This document shows, in pieces, positions 57,875 through 64,000 of a stretch of DNA of 64,000 nucleotides. The translations under genes were made by a program, and so were the position numbers. Position 1 is the first letter of the stretch, and each line of letters begins with the position of its first letter. The stretch is from Minisyncoccota bacterium (GTDB lineage Bacteria > Patescibacteriota > Microgenomatia > UBA1400 > UBA12028): NCBI GenBank assembly GCA_016211945.1, contig JACRHV010000004.1:2649-66648 (forward strand), written 5' to 3'. The notes under the pieces are model-generated. The model did no database searches and was not told where the DNA came from. It saw only the letters and a program-made list of their open reading frames with translations.

Positions 57875-58977
57875 AAATATCTCCTCCAACGTTCTATTGT
57901 CGGTTCCTGGGTAAAACGCAACGCGTGATGCCGAAGCAACCGACTATCCCATGGTATTGATTCTATCATCTGCATTGCCCGAACAAGAGTTTCTGTCTTC
58001 TGCTCTGAGACAATGATCCCCGTAACACCATGATCTACAACTTCCGCGTTCCCACTTTTTTCGTACACAATAGATGGTTTGCCACAAGCCATCGCCTCTA
58101 AAACGGTCAAGCCAAAATCTTCCTCCCCCGGAAATATCAATCCGGTGCACTGCTGATAGTACCCAACAAGCTGCTGATCTGTCAAATGACCAGCAAAGTA
58201 AATTGACGGACTGTTCCTTGCAAATTTTCTCAACTTTCTTTCATCCGATCCTGTCCCAACGACGATCAAGTTTCTTCCGCTATCTTTACACGCTCGAATC
58301 GCGAGGTCTATGCGTTTATACGGAACGAGACGAGAAACACAGAGATAATAGGAAGGATATGGCGCGCGGATCTGTGTTGGCTGTAGTGAAAAAAGATCCG
58401 CGCGAATAGGCGGATAAATCACGGGTTCTGCCAATCGAAGATAATATCGCTCACACCGCGTACGGACAACATCAGAAATTGGGATGATAATATCCGGCCG
58501 TTGCGACGCAACTCGGTCCCAATTCCGAAGATATGAAATGCACATGTCATACAACGGTAAAAGAACTCTTTTCCATCCGTGAGAAAAGGAAGATCGATAT
58601 TCATCGGCGTGACTCCAGAGATATCGAGTGGGTGTGAGCAGATAACAAATGTGTCGTGTGCCAGGTTTTGTCACAATGCCCTTTGCCGCTTCACTGGTCA
58701 CGGAAATAACAAGATCATAGTGTGAAAAATCAAACGACTCAAAAGCCAACGGCATAAGAGGGCCGAGCCATTCGTGATGAGAACGAAACAGGGGAATGCG
58801 TTGCAACCAAGATGGGACAACTTTCCACGTTTGTGCCCACGAAGCTCCACGCGCATCGTACACCGATGTATACAATGGAGCGTTCGGGAAAAGTGAGTGG
58901 AGGAAAAGAAGAACGCGCTCGGCTCCGCCAAACGTGTTCACTCGGTCGTACACCAATGCAACCCGAAGTTTTCGCAT
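57871..58977 (-). CDS. GT4 glycosyltransferase (mannosyltransferase-like)
   Basis: GGAERV, TPTRYLW, SRLVPYKRID, EEDFGLTVLEAMACG. Confidence 0.92.
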   Translation of the reverse strand: MRKLRVALVYDRVNTFGGAERVLLFLHSLFPNAPLYTSVYDARGASWAQTWKVVPSWLQRIPLFRSHHEWLGPLMPLAFESFDFSHYDLVISVTSEAAKGIVTKPGTRHICYLLTPTRYLWSHADEYRSSFSHGWKRVLLPLYDMCISYLRNWDRVASQRPDIIIPISDVVRTRCERYYLRLAEPVIYPPIRADLFSLQPTQIRAPYPSYYLCVSRLVPYKRIDLAIRACKDSGRNLIVVGTGSDERKLRKFARNSPSIYFAGHLTDQQLVGYYQQCTGLIFPGEEDFGLTVLEAMACGKPSIVYEKSGNAEVVDHGVTGIIVSEQKTETLVRAMQMIESIPWDSRLLRHHALRFTQEPTIERWRRYL

Positions 58978-58979
58978 AT

Positions 58980-60074
58980 CTATACCACCGATCCAACACG
59001 TTCATAGATTGCCACCGTTGATTTTGCCATTTCCTGCCATGAGTATTGTTCGAGTTGTTTTCTTGCTTCACTTCTTAAGGCGGAGCGGAAAGACTCATCT
59101 TTTTGGATTGCCAGTATTCCACGTACACAGGTCATAACGTCATGTGGATCAATATAGTACGCCGCTTTCCCATACACTTCTCTGAATACTGGGATGTCCG
59201 ATGCAAATACCACACCACCAGAGGCCATCGCTTCCAGTCCGGGTAGACCAAATCCTTCTGAAAAAGAGGGGAAAATGAGTCCTAAAGAAGCTCTGTAGAG
59301 GGCCGCAACATCCTCATCGGACAAGTATCCTTCCATGTGAACACGACTTTCAAGTTTTCTTGCTTTCACTTCTCTCCAAAATGCGGAGTGGAAGACTGAG
59401 CGGCTAGAAATCACGACAAAATGGAGCTCGGGAAGGTGCAGGAGTACATCAAGAACATACTCCACGTTTTTATGCGGATATAAACTTCCTGTGTACACAA
59501 GATACGGATATGTGCGCGTCTCTGTCTTACCTTGTGTGCTGTACGCCTGTGATATTCCCTCGTATGTCACTGAAATGCGTTCTTGCGTGGTATACCGCTG
59601 TACTGCGTGTTTGACGTGCTCTGTTGGAACAATAACGTGTTTTGCGCGCTGAATAGCCTTTTCTGCAATATAACGATACGCATGGTATTTTAGCGCATGC
59701 ATGATTGGAGAGAGGGTTGTTGCATGTCGATCCCGACGTTCATGCCACAAAAGATCATGAATGGTCACAACATATGGTCTGTTATACAAAACTGGAACAT
59801 TAAAATGTGGAATGTGAATCAAATCACACTGTTCCCTCTTCAGAAACATAGGCATCTGCAGCTGTTCCCGCACGGTGTAATGCGTGATAGGAGCCCATCG
59901 AATTGATTGTGGATATTCTTTTTCTAGCCACGGAAGCTGGTCTCTGTTGCGCAGAAAAATGATCCATTCGTGTTTTGTTTTCAAACCAAAAAGATTCCGC
60001 AACAACTCTTCTGTGTACCGCCCGATACCAGCGTGCGCCGATCCGGCTAGACGAGCATCAATGCCTATCCTCAT
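58980..60074 (-). CDS. GT4 glycosyltransferase
   Basis: GIGRY, VTIHDL, PHKN, EGFGLPGLEAM. Confidence 0.92.
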   Translation of the reverse strand: MRIGIDARLAGSAHAGIGRYTEELLRNLFGLKTKHEWIIFLRNRDQLPWLEKEYPQSIRWAPITHYTVREQLQMPMFLKREQCDLIHIPHFNVPVLYNRPYVVTIHDLLWHERRDRHATTLSPIMHALKYHAYRYIAEKAIQRAKHVIVPTEHVKHAVQRYTTQERISVTYEGISQAYSTQGKTETRTYPYLVYTGSLYPHKNVEYVLDVLLHLPELHFVVISSRSVFHSAFWREVKARKLESRVHMEGYLSDEDVAALYRASLGLIFPSFSEGFGLPGLEAMASGGVVFASDIPVFREVYGKAAYYIDPHDVMTCVRGILAIQKDESFRSALRSEARKQLEQYSWQEMAKSTVAIYERVGSVV

Positions 60075-60078
60075 GTAT

Positions 60079-60417
60079 TTATCTTACTGTCGACTGCAAT
60101 GCTTCTTCAAGTTTTTTCACCTTGAAACATCGCATGATGTTGCCGACTCCCGCATATAGCGTGAAGAGAAGGGCAACAAGATAGGAACCCGCGGGAATCC
60201 AACTCAATACGTTTGCGTCAAGCTGAATCTTTGGGTTTCCGTAAAACGCGCGAAAAAGTATTTCCGGAAGAAACACCGCAGTAAGTACGCAGATAAACGA
60301 AACCATCAACGCATCTAACGCGTAGACCATTTTGTCTTTCCTCACTTGATCCACCTGAAACTGGAGATCCATTTTTGACGGAACAACCGTTTTTTGTGTT
60401 ATTTTTTTCACTGGCAT
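60079..60417 (-). CDS. Small two-TM hypothetical protein
   Basis: 112-aa ORF filling the gap inside the operon. Confidence 0.65.
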   Translation of the reverse strand: MPVKKITQKTVVPSKMDLQFQVDQVRKDKMVYALDALMVSFICVLTAVFLPEILFRAFYGNPKIQLDANVLSWIPAGSYLVALLFTLYAGVGNIMRCFKVKKLEEALQSTVR

Positions 60418-60418
60418 A

Positions 60419-61306
60419 CTATGCTCCTTTCATATATTTTATGCTTCGAATACCAAAATACACGATATGCTTCAACCACGTTGGATAGGTTGAAAGATAG
60501 TGTTTTTCATAGAACTGAATCATTGTATCAAAAAAATGCGCATGCGCACGCTTTTTCACACGTATATCCTCATGTGAAGTAATTTCTTTTCGTATTCCTG
60601 AGACGTTTTTGTGATGAACGACAGTACATGATGGGTCATACATGATCTCCCAACCCGCCTTTTTAAATCGAAGGCACCAGTCCAAATCCTCCCCATACAT
60701 AAAAAATCGCTCATCGAATAGTCCGACCTCATCTATTGCGGTGGATCGTACAAGCATCGCAGCACCCGTACATGCATCTATATCATGTTTCGTGTACATC
60801 GATTTCCAGGTCTGATGGTACCCACCGCATATCCGATTCAGTAGGGGGATCGTTCCAAATACTTTTTCAAGTCCTCCAAAATACATCAGTGCATTCCACG
60901 GAGACGGAAATCCTCTGTGACACGCCATATCGATCTGTCCAGACGGAAAAACAACCCTTGGAGAAATCATCCCAACACGTTCGTTGTGTTCAAAAGTCTG
61001 AAGTAAAGAGTGAAGAGACTCTGTGGTTGGTATTTCAGTGTCCGAGTTGAGTAAGAGGATATAAGAACCAAGTGCTTTCTTCAGGCCGATATTATTTCCC
61101 GCAGAAAACCCACGATTTTCTCTATTCCTGATAAGTTTTACCCACGTAAAATCGCGTTCAACCATATCCTGCGAACCATCACTTGAATGATTGTCCACCA
61201 CGATAATCTCCCACTGCTTTTGTAAACCAGGAGTAAGTGAGAGCAAGAGACGTCGCAAGACATCTCTTGTGTTGAAATTTAAGATGACAATGCTGAGTGT
61301 GATCAT
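60419..61306 (-). CDS. GT2 glycosyltransferase (WbbL-like)
   Basis: VDNHSSDGS, LLNSD, DERFFMYGEDLDWC. Confidence 0.92.
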   Translation of the reverse strand: MITLSIVILNFNTRDVLRRLLLSLTPGLQKQWEIIVVDNHSSDGSQDMVERDFTWVKLIRNRENRGFSAGNNIGLKKALGSYILLLNSDTEIPTTESLHSLLQTFEHNERVGMISPRVVFPSGQIDMACHRGFPSPWNALMYFGGLEKVFGTIPLLNRICGGYHQTWKSMYTKHDIDACTGAAMLVRSTAIDEVGLFDERFFMYGEDLDWCLRFKKAGWEIMYDPSCTVVHHKNVSGIRKEITSHEDIRVKKRAHAHFFDTMIQFYEKHYLSTYPTWLKHIVYFGIRSIKYMKGA

Positions 61307-62505
61307 TCGTTTACTGTTCCCAATTCCGAGTAAATTGCGTCAAGCTTTGCTGATATATTACTCCAATTGTATTCCTTGAATACGAGATTCATGCCGTTTT
61401 TTGCGAGTTTCTCCTGCACCTTGGGATGTTGTAATACATGCACCGTGCTTTCCGCAAGTTCTTCTTCCGAATTACCGATGAGTGCGTGCTCTCCTTTTTC
61501 AATATGCAAACCTTCTACAGCAAGTCTGGAAGCAACAACCGGTGTCCCAGTCGCAAAAGCCTCGAGTACTTTGTACCGTGTTCCCTTGCCGCTAAAAATG
61601 GGAGCAACGAGGACATGCGCTTGAGCGTATGCATCGCGTATGTCCTGTACCTTGCCGCTTACGGTAATGTGCTTATCCTGCTCTGCATAGGCATAGATGT
61701 CTGTTGTTGGAGAACTTCCAACAATGTGAAGCTTTGCCTCAGGAATCTGCTTGCGGATTAATGGCCATACTTTCTGAACAAGAAAATGCACACCTTCAAC
61801 ATTCGGCAGCCATTTAAATGTTCCGACAAAAAGAACGGTGGGTTCTTTTGGAAGATTTTTTCTTGTTTTTTGAAAATATTCAACATCAACACCATTTTCT
61901 ACAACGTCGATGCGTTGAATACCTTGTGCGGTTCTTTGTAGATATGTTTTATCTTCCTGACTCATGACAACAAGACGAGAGCAACTCCTCCAAAAAAACT
62001 CCTCCCACCATCGAATCTTAAAAATATCAATGTAGAGCAATGGTTTTACCAGCCACATTCTTGATGATTGTGCATAGCTTAAATACCCCAAATATTCTAT
62101 TGTTTGCTCCACTAAAAGAACAGGAATGGTCGTTTTTGGTATGTTCGGCATCATGTAAAACGTCTCTGCGTGAATAAGGTCGTACTGTGCAGACTGTAGC
62201 TCTTGCTTGACCGCATCGCGGACTTGGCTCACTAGATTACGAATGACGAGAAAGGGGAAGGTTGAAAATCCTGTGGTAATGATGTTCTGCAACGTGAAAG
62301 GTTTTTCGCTCCGCTTAAACACGAGAACCTTGGTACAATATTTTTCTAGTTCTTTCATGTGAGCGCGTTCGGACTCATCCTTAATTAAAGCAAAAAGGGT
62401 AATGTCGTGTTTCTTACTCAAATTTTTGAGAAGATTATATGTACGAATCTGACCACCGGAAAGAAGTGGATAAGGCAAGTATGGTGTGAGCATGAGAACG
62501 CGCAT
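61303..62505 (-). CDS. GT4 glycosyltransferase
   Basis: PYPLLSGGQIR, NGVD, FVG, GTRYKVLEA. Confidence 0.9.
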   Translation of the reverse strand: MRVLMLTPYLPYPLLSGGQIRTYNLLKNLSKKHDITLFALIKDESERAHMKELEKYCTKVLVFKRSEKPFTLQNIITTGFSTFPFLVIRNLVSQVRDAVKQELQSAQYDLIHAETFYMMPNIPKTTIPVLLVEQTIEYLGYLSYAQSSRMWLVKPLLYIDIFKIRWWEEFFWRSCSRLVVMSQEDKTYLQRTAQGIQRIDVVENGVDVEYFQKTRKNLPKEPTVLFVGTFKWLPNVEGVHFLVQKVWPLIRKQIPEAKLHIVGSSPTTDIYAYAEQDKHITVSGKVQDIRDAYAQAHVLVAPIFSGKGTRYKVLEAFATGTPVVASRLAVEGLHIEKGEHALIGNSEEELAESTVHVLQHPKVQEKLAKNGMNLVFKEYNWSNISAKLDAIYSELGTVNE

Positions 62506-62512
62506 AGAATCC

Positions 62513-63952
62513 CTACTTTGTTCTCGTTAAATCAACGAGGACGTACATCGGAGTTTTTTCAATAACGGGATATTTCTTCATCAACGCATTTGCTTCGTCG
62601 TCATAGTTCACGCTGACATAGTATTGCGCACCTTTTTTTATCTTGTCATCAATCTCAAATCCAATCGGCCATCCACGTCTATTTGTTTGATAGAGAAACG
62701 CAGTATCCCCCATGTACGGAGCAATAATACGAGCATCTTTCGGCACCAGAGCATCCACAGCCTTTCCCGCTTGCACTATTTCGGGATGGTTAATATTGTA
62801 GTATCCCCTAAGTTGATACCATGAAGTAAAAAGCGACCAGATGAACAACCCAAAACCTCCTATGTAAAGAAGTGGTTTATTGATGAATCTCGGCGATAAC
62901 TCAAAAAGAAACGCGAATCCACGGCCAACAACAGCACAGAGAAATGGCATAACGACAACTTGATAGTAATCATGTTGAACATTTCCACCTGCTAAAATCG
63001 ACATATATGCCAAAATGCAGACTGCCCACACGGTATAAAATAACCAATCCTTTCCTCTTTTCATAAGACCTAAAACAGCCGGAATAACAAGACCAATCCC
63101 AAGCATCAATGTTGCGATTCTTACTTCAAAGAGCCAATGAAAAAAGGCTCCGGTAAACCGAATATTATCTTTATTAAATAACCAGTCAGACGCAGGAATA
63201 CCCTCCGGAAAACTCAAAATCCACCATCGCCATAGTGCGAATGGAATAAAGGGTATCAAGAAAAAAAGATATGCTTGCCACTGCATGAGAGCTTTCCATC
63301 TATATTCGCGAAAAAATACATAGGCAAAAAGCGGTAAGAAGAAGATTGCGAATGGTTTCAAAAGAAATGCTTCTGTCAGCGATAAGATTGACATACCGTA
63401 GAGAAACACATTTTCTTTGTTTCGTGTCGCATAGACTAAAAACGCAAGAGAGACGAGGAGACTTGTGACAAACGCAGGTTCGGGTAGTATTGTTCGCGAA
63501 TAATACACGGCATACGGCATGACAGCATATGTCAGTAATGCTATTCCAGCTGCACGTTTTCCTGTCAATTCCCGAACTAGAGCGTATAACGCGAAGAGGC
63601 CTACAATCGAATACGAAATGCTTACGAGCCTGCCTACAACGATTTCATACTGCTGTAATCGAAATAGTGTAATGAGCAATGCCGTAATTGCGTTTAATAT
63701 TGGAAACTCCACCATACGGTATCCTGACGGATTGTCCTTGCCGGACTGTATATTGGAAAGATCATGGTACTGTGGACGAAGAAGATCAATTCCATGTTTT
63801 ATATATTCACGGGTGACCGATGCGGTGTCGGCTTGTCTGAATGAATGCCAATCTGCCAAAGGACTGGTGATCTTGTATAAACGAAGCCCCACCGCGATCC
63901 CCAACACAACGAAGAGAAATAACCATTCCTTACTCTGCCTCAAGATTTTCAT
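62513..63952 (-). CDS. ArnT/PMT-like (GT-C) membrane glycosyltransferase
   Basis: DWHSFRQADTA, EFP, YYSRTILPE, HDYYQ; many TMs. Confidence 0.85.
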   Translation of the reverse strand: MKILRQSKEWLFLFVVLGIAVGLRLYKITSPLADWHSFRQADTASVTREYIKHGIDLLRPQYHDLSNIQSGKDNPSGYRMVEFPILNAITALLITLFRLQQYEIVVGRLVSISYSIVGLFALYALVRELTGKRAAGIALLTYAVMPYAVYYSRTILPEPAFVTSLLVSLAFLVYATRNKENVFLYGMSILSLTEAFLLKPFAIFFLPLFAYVFFREYRWKALMQWQAYLFFLIPFIPFALWRWWILSFPEGIPASDWLFNKDNIRFTGAFFHWLFEVRIATLMLGIGLVIPAVLGLMKRGKDWLFYTVWAVCILAYMSILAGGNVQHDYYQVVVMPFLCAVVGRGFAFLFELSPRFINKPLLYIGGFGLFIWSLFTSWYQLRGYYNINHPEIVQAGKAVDALVPKDARIIAPYMGDTAFLYQTNRRGWPIGFEIDDKIKKGAQYYVSVNYDDEANALMKKYPVIEKTPMYVLVDLTRTK

Positions 63953-64000
63953 GCACGGACCTTTTTCTTAAATGTTCGCCGTTCAACCACATTTTTTTCA
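63949..64000 (-). CDS. 3' end of an upstream gene (…EKNVVERRTFKKKVRA*), truncated by the window
   Basis: Open minus-strand frame ending in an ATGA overlap with the next start. Confidence 0.4.
   Translation of the reverse strand, partial: EKNVVERRTFKKKVRA

Noticed and set aside
1-64000. CRISPR array, IS element, prophage, rRNA or self-splicing intron
   Set aside because: No regularly spaced repeats, transposase or phage genes, or long non-coding gaps; almost all sequence is accounted for
1-64000. Alternative genetic code (TGA as Gly, as in Gracilibacteria/Absconditabacteria)
   Set aside because: Conserved genes are full length under code 11 and several end in TGA at the expected positions

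Overview
64 kb of a compact, gene-dense bacterial chromosome. Gene content and style point to Patescibacteria/CPR, probably Microgenomates-like (inference). In order: APC permease (partial), htpX-lemA, a tRNA-Asp/Gly/Thr region with small accessory genes, a surface-glycan cluster (GT2, GT4, Wzx, Wzy-like, GT-C; 6.6-18.4 kb), a secreted C39-like peptidase overlapping tRNA-Val antisense, lepB, parB, rplU-methyltransferase-rpmA, rodA, ileS, and an expanded dcw cluster (mraZ to ftsZ) interrupted by an S26-CAP fusion gene. Then come an AT-rich four-gene island (46.8-51.2 kb), glyQS, recO and a second glycosyltransferase cluster. No CRISPR array, transposase, integrase or rRNA was seen. Top observations: (1) two miniature T-box riboswitches with the specifier codon in the apical loop of an ultrashort Stem I and with transcription terminators; the glyQS one also lacks Stem II. 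(2) A divergent island with a degenerate STAND-like ATPase/OmpR-wHTH regulator, its likely 4x TGACT operator, a rewired CCA/poly(A)-polymerase-like nucleotidyltransferase, a tandem GNAT and a small protein. (3) Recurrent -10 boxes 6-7 nt before start codons, implying leaderless mRNAs. All calls are by eye from motifs; no searches were run.
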